Shown: positions 29,727 through 39,589, counted from the stretch's first letter. The stretch is 64,000 nucleotides of DNA from Candidatus Woesearchaeota archaeon (GCA_018653365.1 JABIAG010000001.1:448001-512000); one strand, 5' to 3'. The notes: generated by a model from the letters alone, not told the origin. Numbers and translations: made by a program.

Positions 29727-30479
29727 ATGAAAAAAGAAATAATGTTAACATTGATGATTTTGTTAGTTTTACCTTTAGCTAGTGCGTCATTAGATGAATT
29801 TATGAGTGATACGTCTTCAATAGAGGTTCTTTACCAAGGAACTGATTCAGAAATAATGAACGTAATTGATGATTTTGGACTTGGCTTGGTAACAGAATTA
29901 GACACAACTAAAAAAACAATAGTGATTAACGCAGACGAAATTTTATCTGTTGATTCAGTCTCATTACATCTAGTTGCTCCAAGAACTATTTCGTATATGG
30001 AAGAAGATGCAAATCTAATAAAAATATATTTAAAAGAACTGCCAGAAATTGAAGGACAATCAAACATAAATGAAAAACACGAAATCCTAACCGAATTTTT
30101 TTCATTTCTTAATGCACCCGACACAAAAGTGTTTATGCTAGAATTTGAGGCTAGTGGACTAACCAAATATGCTGAACAAGATTGCGAACAATTAAATGCG
30201 GTGGGTATTTATCAAAAAGAAGCATTTAACCTTGCGGGTAATGTACTAGAAGAAAAATGTGATGAAGAAGATTCTAATAAACTATATGAGTTAAGTTGTA
30301 ATAATAACCAAGTCGGCTTTAATATAATTCAGTGTGTTAATGGATGTACGGGGGGAAAATGCAAAAAAGGCAAAACTTTTGGAACATTTTCTTCTTTAGT
30401 GGCAAGATTATTAATGAGAACAGAGTCACACTCAAGAACAGAACTAGTGGATGAGATAAAAGAATGGTTAAACAAATAA
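29727..30479 (+). CDS. secreted protein with C-terminal Cys-rich module
   Basis: Signal peptide; CVNGCTGGKC; abuts neighbours. Confidence 0.7.
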   Translation: MKKEIMLTLMILLVLPLASASLDEFMSDTSSIEVLYQGTDSEIMNVIDDFGLGLVTELDTTKKTIVINADEILSVDSVSLHLVAPRTISYMEEDANLIKIYLKELPEIEGQSNINEKHEILTEFFSFLNAPDTKVFMLEFEASGLTKYAEQDCEQLNAVGIYQKEAFNLAGNVLEEKCDEEDSNKLYELSCNNNQVGFNIIQCVNGCTGGKCKKGKTFGTFSSLVARLLMRTESHSRTELVDEIKEWLNK

Positions 30480-31732
30480 TATTAATTACAGTGTTAAGTA
30501 TGCTAGTTTTCCTTAGTGCTTGTAATTTTGGAAGTGCAGTATTTCAACAACAACCCCTAGTTACACGAACAATAATTGGAACCACGGTAACACTTCAAAT
30601 AAAAGACTCTGTTAATGAAAACATAATAATTGCAGAACAACTTCCCTCAGGCGTAACTGCTTCAGAATTCAGTATAAACCCGGTAATAAACGAGGACGAT
30701 ATTCTGGTTTGGATTCTTTCAGAACAAGCCCCTATAATGGTTGGGGGGATTGGAGTCGCATACAAGCCAGTTCCTAAAATAACTTATGAAATAAGTATGG
30801 GGGAAGAAATAACAGGAAAATGGGGATTACTTGATTCAGAAATAGAGGGAGTAATTCCAACAATAATCTCTCAAGAATCTAAACTTCAAAAGATAGATGA
30901 AATAAAAATAACAGGAACTAAAAACGTTGAAGTAAAAGTAAAAGGAAAAGAATTAAATGAGATAACTGAAGAAGAAACAATAGAAATTTATGACGAAAAC
31001 AAAAAATTAGTGGAGTTTGGTCATGATTTTTCAGAAGCTTCAATTGATTTGTCTGAGGTTGCAATAGAAAAAACTGTAAACTCTCTTGTTGTAAATTTTT
31101 CAGACCAGTTGAGTGAGGGCGAAACAAAAACCCTCTATGTAGAAAATAATAATTTTGTAACTTTGTGTGTTAAAGATGCACCAATACAATCAGAAACTGA
31201 AATTAATGCTGCTTGTACTGGTGATGAAGAGTATGATTTTACACAATGTCTTTCAACAGGAAGTTTAAGAGTTAATGGAATAAATTGTACACTGGACTCT
31301 GGCATTATAAAAATAGAAAATTTAACCCATTCTGGCGTTAAAGGAACTGTTGCAGTGGTCGCTTCTCCAATTGGAAATGGTGGAAGTGGTGGCGGAGGCA
31401 GCGGAGGCGGCGGAAGCAGTGAAGCAGAAGTCGTTGTTGAAGTTTGTAAAGAAGATTGGATCTGTGAAGGATTTAAGAAGTGTGTTGATGGAATGCAAAC
31501 ACAAAGATGTTTTGATGGAAATAATTGTGGAACAACACTACGTCAACCTTTATTGGAAAAGGAGTGTCAAGAAGAAGTTAAACCGATTGAAGTTGTGGCT
31601 GAACCTTTAGTTGAGGTTGTTTCTGAACCTGAAATAGAACAATATAGTAAGTCAAATAAGTTAATTCCCATCTTGATTATTCTTGGGGTAATTGTGGTAA
31701 TAATTATAATTTATATTAAAAAAAGAAAATAA
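30464..31732 (+). CDS. cell-surface protein with Gly/Ser linker and C-terminal TM anchor
   Basis: Signal/lipobox-like LSAC, HSG motif, GGSGGGGSGGGGSS, C.EDW.C...C..G.Q...C.D.N.CG, C-terminal TM plus KKRK. Confidence 0.8.
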   Translation: MVKQIILITVLSMLVFLSACNFGSAVFQQQPLVTRTIIGTTVTLQIKDSVNENIIIAEQLPSGVTASEFSINPVINEDDILVWILSEQAPIMVGGIGVAYKPVPKITYEISMGEEITGKWGLLDSEIEGVIPTIISQESKLQKIDEIKITGTKNVEVKVKGKELNEITEEETIEIYDENKKLVEFGHDFSEASIDLSEVAIEKTVNSLVVNFSDQLSEGETKTLYVENNNFVTLCVKDAPIQSETEINAACTGDEEYDFTQCLSTGSLRVNGINCTLDSGIIKIENLTHSGVKGTVAVVASPIGNGGSGGGGSGGGGSSEAEVVVEVCKEDWICEGFKKCVDGMQTQRCFDGNNCGTTLRQPLLEKECQEEVKPIEVVAEPLVEVVSEPEIEQYSKSNKLIPILIILGVIVVIIIIYIKKRK

Positions 31733-31733
31733 A

Positions 31734-32084
31734 TTATTTTTCTTCTAATAAAGCAATAATACGATCTAATTTTCTATTAATATCACTTAGATCTGGACCT
31801 TTACTAGAACCTGGTCCTTTGCCTTCTTTTCTGAAACAATCACTACAGAAAACAGGTTTGTTAGAAGTTGGTTTAAATGGTACTTCACAACTTTCACCAC
31901 ATCCATCACAAGTAACACGAGTTTTTTCAAAATCTCGTCTGTTGCTACTATTACGACTAGAATCCCTTCTTGGACGGTCCTCAAAGTCTCGACTTCTACC
32001 TCTGTTGCCTCTATCTCCTCTATCTTCAAAGTCTCGGCCTCTGCCGCCTCTGTTATTTCCTCTTGGTCCTTCAAATCGTGCCAT
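31734..32084 (-). CDS. CxxC-x17-CxxC domain protein with RG/RD-rich N-terminus
   Basis: CDGCGESCEVPFKPTSNKPVFCSDCF. Confidence 0.9.
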   Translation of the reverse strand: MARFEGPRGNNRGGRGRDFEDRGDRGNRGRSRDFEDRPRRDSSRNSSNRRDFEKTRVTCDGCGESCEVPFKPTSNKPVFCSDCFRKEGKGPGSSKGPDLSDINRKLDRIIALLEEK

Positions 32085-32158
32085 AAGAATGATAAAAACA
32101 GGGTGAGTTTATAAAGTTATCCGGAAGAGGTGGTAAAAAATCGCTTCTTTTAATTAAA

Positions 32159-33259
32159 CTAACAATTTGCTTGAACCATATCACCTAATCGGTTAACAAT
32201 ATGGTCGATTAATTCTTTAGATTTTGTCTCATTTACTTTCTTTGTGGGATCCCAATCTATTCCCGGACCAGAATTGCCCTCCATAAAATACAGGTTGCCA
32301 TTATTACTTTTTATGAAATCTAGGGCATATAGCGAGTGTTCTAAATTCATCTTTTCATCCAATTTACTCTTTATTCTTTTAATTGCTTTTAGAACATTCC
32401 AGGGAATTATGCCGTTTGGCATGTAAACTAAATTGCCTCCTTGGTGTTCGTTACACTTGAAATTGCCTTTTTTTGCAACTCTTATATATGTTTGAAGGAT
32501 TTTATTGTTCATTAAAATAATACGTAAGTCAATAAACCCATTATATTCGTTAAAAACAAAGCCCTTTTCACAATTAATAAATGGTTGAAGAACAAAAGAG
32601 GTTGAGGACTTTTCTTTTTGATTCTCTTTGTAATGCTCAATGATCTTTTCAAATCCGGATTTAGCAAAATCAATTTTATAAATTTTAAATCCTCCTGCAC
32701 CCAAATTATCTTTTAATATGTATTTATCACTAAAATCTTCAGAATTCTCATGATCTTGTAATATACTATCAAGTTTGACTTTAGCTTCTTTAATATCTTC
32801 TAGGGAAGAACTAGTTATTTCAACAGAAGGAATTGCAATTTTTTTAAACTCCTTATAGGTATATAATTTGTTTTGAAATAAAGTTTTCATCTTACGATTG
32901 CTAAAAGTAGTAATAGATTTAGAAGCAGTAAGCAACCTTAATCTATTCTTTTGTTTGTCTGTAGTTGGGGAAAACTTATCAAAAAGTGTTTCTGAATAGG
33001 CTTGACACTCATGTTTAATCCACTTTTTATCAAACGTCCAAAAACTTTGAAACAAACCCGGACCAATAATATCTTTAGATGTTGTGAATGCTGCTTTAAT
33101 TCCCTTTTTTTTACACTGTAATAAAAGATAGCTGTAACTATCGTTATATCCTGCACATCTACTTTTCAAAGAGAACGGAGTTGGTTCCTCATCTCTTGCG
33201 CTAAATGTATCCTGTTTAGAATAAACAACCATAACATCAAACTTATTGGTTTTAATCAA
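32159..33259 (-). CDS. ATP-grasp domain protein (RimK/YheCD-like)
   Basis: NKLYTY, LKDNLGAGG, LQPFI, DLRI, NEHQGG, LDF, MEGNSGPG. Confidence 0.8.
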   Translation of the reverse strand: MIKTNKFDVMVVYSKQDTFSARDEEPTPFSLKSRCAGYNDSYSYLLLQCKKKGIKAAFTTSKDIIGPGLFQSFWTFDKKWIKHECQAYSETLFDKFSPTTDKQKNRLRLLTASKSITTFSNRKMKTLFQNKLYTYKEFKKIAIPSVEITSSSLEDIKEAKVKLDSILQDHENSEDFSDKYILKDNLGAGGFKIYKIDFAKSGFEKIIEHYKENQKEKSSTSFVLQPFINCEKGFVFNEYNGFIDLRIILMNNKILQTYIRVAKKGNFKCNEHQGGNLVYMPNGIIPWNVLKAIKRIKSKLDEKMNLEHSLYALDFIKSNNGNLYFMEGNSGPGIDWDPTKKVNETKSKELIDHIVNRLGDMVQANC

Positions 33260-33376
33260 ATCTTTCTATAAACGCCTCAATAAGAGTATGTGGGGGCTGT
33301 TTATAAGCTTTCTGAAAAATAGGGGGTTAATTGCTTTTTAATAAGTATTAAATATAAGTAAACTATTTTATTTAAT

Positions 33377-33835
33377 ATGAACAAAATATGGAAACTAATC
33401 ATATCTTTAGTACTGCCATTTATTGCAAGTGCGATTGGAGGATTATTTACTGTTAGTTCTGTTTCAACATGGTATGTAGATTTAGTTAAACCCTCATTTA
33501 ACCCTCCAAGTTGGCTTTTTGGTCCAGTATGGACAATATTATACTTATTAATGGGAATAGCACTTTATTTAGTTTGGACTAAAAAATTCAATAAACAAGC
33601 ATTTACACTTTTTGGAATTCAATTAGTTCTTAATGCACTATGGTCAATTCTATTTTTTGGATTAAAACAACCCCTTCTAGCATTTATAGAAATAATAATC
33701 TTGTGGGTAATGATCTTGGTTACAATAATTTATTTTTATAAAATAAATAAAAATTCGGCTTATTTGTTAATACCTTATTTGCTGTGGGTTAGCTTTGCAG
33801 CAATTCTTAATTTAGCAATATTTATTTTAAACTAA
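33377..33835 (+). CDS. tspO: TspO/MBR family tryptophan-rich sensory protein
   Basis: WY..L.KP.FNPP.W.FGPVWT.LY, LN..WS..FF, PY..WV.FA..LN. Confidence 0.93.
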   Translation: MNKIWKLIISLVLPFIASAIGGLFTVSSVSTWYVDLVKPSFNPPSWLFGPVWTILYLLMGIALYLVWTKKFNKQAFTLFGIQLVLNALWSILFFGLKQPLLAFIEIIILWVMILVTIIYFYKINKNSAYLLIPYLLWVSFAAILNLAIFILN

Positions 33836-33836
33836 A

Positions 33837-34259
33837 ATGGTCAGAATAAATCTAATAAACCCCGAAAACCTAGCAGATCAACACTTAATCGCAGAATATA
33901 ATGAGATACTAATGTTGTTAGGTTATGTTAAAAAATATCCTTCGTTGGGAGACCTTCCTTTAAAATATAAGTTAGGAAAAGGACACGTACTGTTTTTTAA
34001 GAATAAACTTACGTATATTAAAAAAAGACATGAGCTAATAAAAAAAGAAATGAAAAAAAGAGGTTTTGCTACAAATATTACCATAAATCTTAACAAATTT
34101 AATAAAAAACTAGTTAATGATTGGAAGCCGGTCAAAGATGATGTAAATATTATCAAAAAAAGAATAATAACCAAAATAGAACTAAAACCTAACTTTTATC
34201 GATATTACGGGGTGCATAAATCTAAAAAATTCTTTATCGAATTAGTCAAAAAAGGTTGA
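33837..34259 (+). CDS. pyrimidine dimer DNA glycosylase (T4 endonuclease V-like)
   Basis: MVRINL..P..L.DQHL.AEY.E, Y.LG.GHV.FF.NKL, EM..RGF. Confidence 0.88.
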   Translation: MVRINLINPENLADQHLIAEYNEILMLLGYVKKYPSLGDLPLKYKLGKGHVLFFKNKLTYIKKRHELIKKEMKKRGFATNITINLNKFNKKLVNDWKPVKDDVNIIKKRIITKIELKPNFYRYYGVHKSKKFFIELVKKG

Positions 34260-34265
34260 GTGAAA

Positions 34266-34754
34266 TCATTTTTTAATCTTATTAATAATTAAGTTAATGG
34301 TTTTTATAATGGAATTCTTTTCTGTATTTATTTCAATGTCTTCTTTATCGGGGTAAGCATGTTTGTTATGCATTTCCTCAACTAATTTAGGTCTGATATA
34401 TTTCTTTTGTCGGATTCGATCGCGCTTTTTGGCCTCAGTTAGGGTGCAATGTAAGTAAAAAGAAATTATTCGGTGCTTTTTGTCTACTCTTTTCTTAACT
34501 GTGGGTGCTCTTAACTCTTGAAGAATTATGTTGATGTTATGTTTTAATAATCCCTTAGCAATGAGAAAAACAGCTTCTTTGCTTAATTCTTTGGCAAGGT
34601 TTGAATTTTTGGTTTTAATATTTTTTAACATAACATCTTTGATGTAAGCTCGGTCAACTAAAACGTAATTTGGAAGTTTATCTTTTAGTTTAGAAACAAT
34701 AGTGCTCTTACCACTACCCATAGGGCCATGAATCACAATAATATTTGCCATCAT
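34266..34754 (-). CDS. P-loop kinase (AAA_33-like)
   Basis: IHGPMGSGKST; LHC...EAKKRD..R lid. Confidence 0.78.
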   Translation of the reverse strand: MMANIIVIHGPMGSGKSTIVSKLKDKLPNYVLVDRAYIKDVMLKNIKTKNSNLAKELSKEAVFLIAKGLLKHNINIILQELRAPTVKKRVDKKHRIISFYLHCTLTEAKKRDRIRQKKYIRPKLVEEMHNKHAYPDKEDIEINTEKNSIIKTINLIINKIKK

Positions 34755-34863
34755 ATAATTTGATTAAGTGAGTTTAAATACTTTTTGTATGGACTTTTTA
34801 TTTATTTAGTTCAACACGTTTAGTAAGTTCAATAGCATTCGCTAAAAAACTGTTTGTAAGACT

Positions 34864-35055
34864 TTAAGCTCTTTTTAATCGTTTTTCAACCAAAAGTTTA
34901 ATTAATTTGTCTGTAAGCTTAAACTCTGCTCTTGCTTCTATCAAAACTTCATAAAAAACATCCAAAGGAACTATTATGCTTTCAGTATAATCTTCAATTT
35001 TGATTAAGGGATCACCTTTGAATCTTCCATTAATTTTAATTTTCTTACGTCCCAT
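34864..35055 (-). CDS. small hypothetical protein
   Basis: 63-aa ORF with TTTATATA box upstream. Confidence 0.5.
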   Translation of the reverse strand: MGRKKIKINGRFKGDPLIKIEDYTESIIVPLDVFYEVLIEARAEFKLTDKLIKLLVEKRLKRA

Positions 35056-35150
35056 TTCACATCAACCAGTATAACAATAAGAAAAGATTATATAAATGTT
35101 TCTATTTTATAAAAGGGATTATGAATGGGTGTATTTGAGTGATAACTTCT

Positions 35151-35879
35151 TTAAGGTTTGGTTACTTTCCATAAAAGATCAAAGTATTTGCGGTATGAAT
35201 CTGCTGCGATTTTTTCATCGATAAGAACTCCAAATGGTTTAGGTAAGTATACAAGTATTGCTACCCTATTGCCACAGATTACTGTTTCAGTCATTTGTTC
35301 AAATACTTGTTTTGTAGTTCGGACTTCAGTTAAGGGGTACTCATTCATGATGGGAACCCAATGTTTTATTGAGGCGTTAAAAATTAATTGGGCTTTGATT
35401 TTTTTTTCATAACGTTTAGTGTGGAAGTTCTTCCAAAAAAAATCTCCAAAAAGGTCAATGCTTGTTTGGTTGCCTCCATATGCTACGTACTTTTTTGCAT
35501 CAGTGTCGAGCATATGGTGGAGAAGTTCTTTAGCTCCTTTAAAGCCTTGATAAACAATAACTTGTGGTTTAGATTCGGATGCTTTAATTCTTGCTTGTAA
35601 TTCGGGAATAATGCTTTGTAGATTTGCACGTTTTTCTTCTAAATGTGTTAGAAGTAAATTTGGGTCAACTGCTTGATAATTTTTCTTTTTACTAACTAAA
35701 GTGTAAGTAAGTAGGCCCTTACCGGTTAATGAATGCAATGCTCTGTGAATTGTAGTATTTTGGAGCCCTGTTTTTTCCATGATGTCGCCTGCACTTGATG
35801 AACCTAAGTCAATTAAAGCAAGAAAAACTTTGATTTCTATTTGTGTTAAGCCAATATCTTGAAGTATTGAGGTATCCAT
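35151..35879 (-). CDS. TrmB-family HTH transcriptional regulator
   Basis: L.DIGLT..E.KVFLAL, HTH, L..L..KGL, Y.AV.P, YQG.KG, F..LW. Confidence 0.9.
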   Translation of the reverse strand: MDTSILQDIGLTQIEIKVFLALIDLGSSSAGDIMEKTGLQNTTIHRALHSLTGKGLLTYTLVSKKKNYQAVDPNLLLTHLEEKRANLQSIIPELQARIKASESKPQVIVYQGFKGAKELLHHMLDTDAKKYVAYGGNQTSIDLFGDFFWKNFHTKRYEKKIKAQLIFNASIKHWVPIMNEYPLTEVRTTKQVFEQMTETVICGNRVAILVYLPKPFGVLIDEKIAADSYRKYFDLLWKVTKP

Positions 35880-35921
35880 ATTAAACTAATATTGTGCTTA
35901 CTTAAATATCTTTCTATTCAC

Positions 35922-35937
35922 GTACACAAATGTGGAC
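35922..35937. promoter_or_regulatory. candidate TrmB operator (imperfect palindrome GTACACA-AA-TGTGGAC)
   Basis: 6/7 inverted repeat between the divergent promoters, just upstream of AAATAGTTATAT (BRE/TATA-like). Confidence 0.45.
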
Positions 35938-35976
35938 ACAAATAGTTATATGTGCCGTCTCTTTCTAGTAGTTAAA

Positions 35977-37083
35977 ATGAAACATAAAAATATTTTATAT
36001 ATATTTATTGTGCTGAGTTTAATCGCGGTTACTTTTTTTGTATTTCAAAACAACCCAGACTCACAAAACATTAAAATTGGAGCATTATTAATTTTAACTG
36101 GTACTGGCGCTGAATGGGGTCAACACTCAGTTCAAGGAATAGATTTAGCTGTTGAAGAAATAAATGCTCGAGGGGGAGTTTTAGGAAAACAATTGCAAAT
36201 TGTTTACGAAGACAATCCAAATGATGATGGAAACAGCGCATTAACATCATTAAACAAATTAATTCAAGATGATGTTCAAATAGTGGTGGGAACTACCTGG
36301 TCTGGTTCAGGACTGGCAACAGCACCTGCAGCTTGTGAAAATAAACTTCTTATGATCTCGCCAACATTGGGAGTTGCAGGTTTTAATGAGGAATGCGATT
36401 ACATATTCAACTTATGGCCACATGACAAATACATAAACGAACAATATGGCGCATATATCTATCAACAAGGGTATAATAAAATAGCAATCATAGGTTCACA
36501 ACAAATATGGGAAAAAGAGCAAGCAGATGCAATTAAGAAAGGATTTGAAGAAGCCGGAGGCGAAGTTGTTATCTTTGAAAATGGACTACCAAATCAAAAG
36601 GATTTCAGAACAGATGTTCTAAAGATAAAAAGTTCTGAAGCGGAAGCAATAGCAATTACTAGAAACTTTGGAGTTTCTTTGCTAAGTAAAGATATCAAAA
36701 AAGCAGGTCTGGAACTTCCAATATATACTGCACATCTAGACGCAAGTTATCTAGTTGAAGCCGAAGGTAGTTTAGAGGGAGCATATTCAAGTAATGCATT
36801 CTTACCTACAGAAGAGTTTAAAACAAAATTCCAAGGAATATATGGTGTAGAACCTGAAATAGGTGCAGACTCTTCATATGATACAATCATGTTTATTGCT
36901 CAAGCAATTGAAAGCACACAATCTACTGACCCAACTGTCTTAAAAGATTATATGAACGCTGTTGAAGTATTTGAGGGTGCATCTGGAAAGCTCATATTTG
37001 ATGACAAGGGCGGAGTGGACAAGACTGGTTACGTGACAGTTGCAAAAGGAGATCAACTAGTATTCCTGGAGAACATCCAATGA
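35977..37083 (+). CDS. LivJ-like (branched-chain amino acid type) solute-binding protein, membrane-anchored
   Basis: N-terminal TM, IKIG...LTG..A..G, LAVEEIN..GGVLGK, YD, GASG...FD..G. Confidence 0.88.
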   Translation: MKHKNILYIFIVLSLIAVTFFVFQNNPDSQNIKIGALLILTGTGAEWGQHSVQGIDLAVEEINARGGVLGKQLQIVYEDNPNDDGNSALTSLNKLIQDDVQIVVGTTWSGSGLATAPAACENKLLMISPTLGVAGFNEECDYIFNLWPHDKYINEQYGAYIYQQGYNKIAIIGSQQIWEKEQADAIKKGFEEAGGEVVIFENGLPNQKDFRTDVLKIKSSEAEAIAITRNFGVSLLSKDIKKAGLELPIYTAHLDASYLVEAEGSLEGAYSSNAFLPTEEFKTKFQGIYGVEPEIGADSSYDTIMFIAQAIESTQSTDPTVLKDYMNAVEVFEGASGKLIFDDKGGVDKTGYVTVAKGDQLVFLENIQ

Positions 37084-37805
37084 AGACCAAAGCAAATGCG
37101 TTCAAAGGTAAAATAAGTAAGGGATATGATATTTTAAAGAAAAATATTTTCCCAAACTATTTTGATTTACAAAAAATTGTGGCATTGGAGTTAAAGAAGA
37201 ATCTTAAATCAAAACCTCATTTACTAGATATTGGTCTGGGTACTGGAGTTTCTACAGAAACCGCATTTTCAGTTAACAAAAATGCACACATTACTGCTGT
37301 TGATAATTCAGCGGAAATGACCAAACAGGCGAAACATACGCTACTTGAATGTATAACTGAGGGAAAATTATTAGTAGTTACAAATGATGCACTAAAGTTT
37401 CTTAAAACAGCAAAAACCGCTTCATTTGATGCAATTTTCTCAGTATTAACCATACATAACTTCACAAACAGTTACAAGAAAAAAGCGTTAAAAGAAATTT
37501 ACAGAGTGATGAAAAAAGAAGCAATCTTTGTAAATGCAGATAAAATCGCACAAAACAACATAAACGAACATCAAAAACACTTCAAAGACAAACTCGAGCT
37601 TATCAGAACGGAATTCTCCAAAGAGAACAGACAAGATTTAGTAAAAGAATGGACCGATCACTATCTTGTTGATAACAAACCTAATATAAAGATAAACGAA
37701 AAAGAACTTAGAACGTTGATGGAAGATGCAGGTTTTACTTCTATAAAAAAAATATATCGCGAAGGTATGGATGCCATTATTATTGCAAAAAAGACAGTTG
37801 ATTAA
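37080..37805 (+). CDS. class I SAM-dependent methyltransferase (CmoA/Methyltransf_25-like)
   Basis: LLDIGLGTG, VDNSAEM, FDAIFS..TIHNF; ATGA overlap with upstream gene. Confidence 0.88.
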   Translation: MKTKANAFKGKISKGYDILKKNIFPNYFDLQKIVALELKKNLKSKPHLLDIGLGTGVSTETAFSVNKNAHITAVDNSAEMTKQAKHTLLECITEGKLLVVTNDALKFLKTAKTASFDAIFSVLTIHNFTNSYKKKALKEIYRVMKKEAIFVNADKIAQNNINEHQKHFKDKLELIRTEFSKENRQDLVKEWTDHYLVDNKPNIKINEKELRTLMEDAGFTSIKKIYREGMDAIIIAKKTVD

Positions 37806-37900
37806 ATTTATAAACCTTCTTATTTTGTTAATTAATGACTAGAAAATAGTTTGTAACCCAAAACGATAAATTTAAAAATTAACTAAGTATTGAAAAAATA

Positions 37901-38505
37901 ATGATTGAACAATTAATCTTGATTGCATTGGGATTTATTGCCTTTTTCGCAACAGGAATAGACGATACTATTGCGTATGCAGGTTCTTATTTAAGTAATA
38001 AAAGAGAAATAAATAGAAGATTGATCTCTTTTGGAATAATTTTAGGAACTCTTGTTGCTTTAGGAATTTCAATCTTTGCAGGAAAACTGATGTTAAACGT
38101 TCCGTCAAGACACTTAATTGGAGGAGCAGTTCTGATAACTTTAGGTTTAGTATCATTCACTAGCTCTTGGAGAGGCACAAAACTAACAGAATCTCATACA
38201 AAAAGAGTAGAAAAACACCTAGAAAAATCCTTAAACAAAACATATTTCGCCAAACCCAGATAATCTTATTGGGATTTGTTCTTTTCTTTGCAACAGGAAT
38301 AGACGATATACTTGCTTATTCAAATTTAATGATGATTGAAGGATCCTGGTGGACAATATGTGTTGGAGTACTCATAGCAACATTTGTTTCTTTATTCATA
38401 GCACACCTGTTAGAAGAAAAACTAGAAAAATTCCCACACCCAGAAAAAATAGGTGGCACAATAATCATCCTAATGGGAATTTTATTGGCATTACAGATTC
38501 TATAA
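37901..38505 (+). pseudogene. CadD/LysE-type small metal transporter split by a -1 frameshift
   Basis: Two internally repeated halves (FFATGIDDTIAY; FFATGIDDILAY) in overlapping frames 37901-38263 and 38167-38505. Confidence 0.65.
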
Positions 38506-38655
38506 TTGATTTCTTAAAAGCTTTAGAGAATAATAATGTTGTTGGAAGTAAGACGCCACCGCCCGACGTCGAACGTGCAGTTCATATCCGCAACTAATTC
38601 CTGCTTCTTATAACGTAACTAACCCGTAGGTGATATAAATAATCTTCCATTTTGC

Positions 38656-38692
38656 GATGAGAGGTTCTAGTCAATGATTGAGCCATCTCATC
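38656..38692. other. long imperfect hairpin
   Basis: GATGAGA-GGTT-C-TAGTC-AAT-GATTG-AGCC-A-TCTCATC. Confidence 0.5.
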
Positions 38693-38749
38693 ATAATAAA
38701 AACAAGATTTAAATACTTTGTAGCCCTGAAAGGTACTTGAAGATTAAAT

Positions 38750-39589
38750 ATGAAAGTTATCTTAAGTAGAAAAGGGTTCGATTCAGGTTACGGTGGTTAT
38801 CCTAGTTTAATTCTTCCAGATTGTAAATTGATATCGCTTCCGATTCCTTCAAAGGATTCAACAAGATATTCTGATTTAAAATTAAATAAACAACAGACAT
38901 ATTTTGATTTAATGAAAGAAATAAAACCCGCAATTAAATATAACAAACAATGGCATGAATTAACAAAAGATACAGAATGTCATTTAGATCCAGATATTTA
39001 TACTTCTGTTTTAGAAAGAAGTAAAGAATGGAAAGCTTGTTTTGGACAAGTTGGAGGATCACAAACGCATTTAATGAATCAAAATGTTAAAGAAGGAGAT
39101 TTGTTTTTGTTTTTTGGTTGGTTTAAACAAACCCGTTTGAAAGATAAAAAACTATGTTTTGATAAATTGGCCCATGATTTACATGTTATTTTTGGCTATT
39201 TTCAAATCGGCGAAATAATACATACTAACCAGCAGACCCAAATTTCTAAATGGTTAAAGTCTCACCCGCATATGTTAGAAAAATATAATAACAAAAAACA
39301 AAATACTATTTATATCGCAAGAAACACATTAACCTGGAATGATAAACTGCCTGGTGCAGGTACTTTCAAATTTAATCAAGATCTAGTTTTAACTAAAAAA
39401 GGCTTTTCACGTTCAAGGTGGAAGCTATCCGATTTCTTTGAGAATGTAAACATAAGTCATCATTCTAAAAAGTCTTGGAAACATGAAGGATACTTTCAAT
39501 CTGCAGGTATCGGACAAGAATTTGTGATTGAAGACAATGTTCTAATTGAAAACTGGGCTAAAAACTTAATAAAAAACAATACAGTTTAG
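38750..39589 (+). CDS. nucleotide modification associated domain 3 (Nmad3) protein
   Basis: MKVILSRKGFDSGYGG.PS...LISLPIP, HLDPD, GDLFLFFGWF, GQEFV. Confidence 0.82.
   Translation: MKVILSRKGFDSGYGGYPSLILPDCKLISLPIPSKDSTRYSDLKLNKQQTYFDLMKEIKPAIKYNKQWHELTKDTECHLDPDIYTSVLERSKEWKACFGQVGGSQTHLMNQNVKEGDLFLFFGWFKQTRLKDKKLCFDKLAHDLHVIFGYFQIGEIIHTNQQTQISKWLKSHPHMLEKYNNKKQNTIYIARNTLTWNDKLPGAGTFKFNQDLVLTKKGFSRSRWKLSDFFENVNISHHSKKSWKHEGYFQSAGIGQEFVIEDNVLIENWAKNLIKNNTV

Noticed and set aside
38506-38749. Full tRNA, SRP RNA or RNase P RNA in this intergenic region
   Set aside because: No cloverleaf and no SRP helix-8 or RNase P conserved motifs could be built; only a 3'-end-like fragment and a hairpin.
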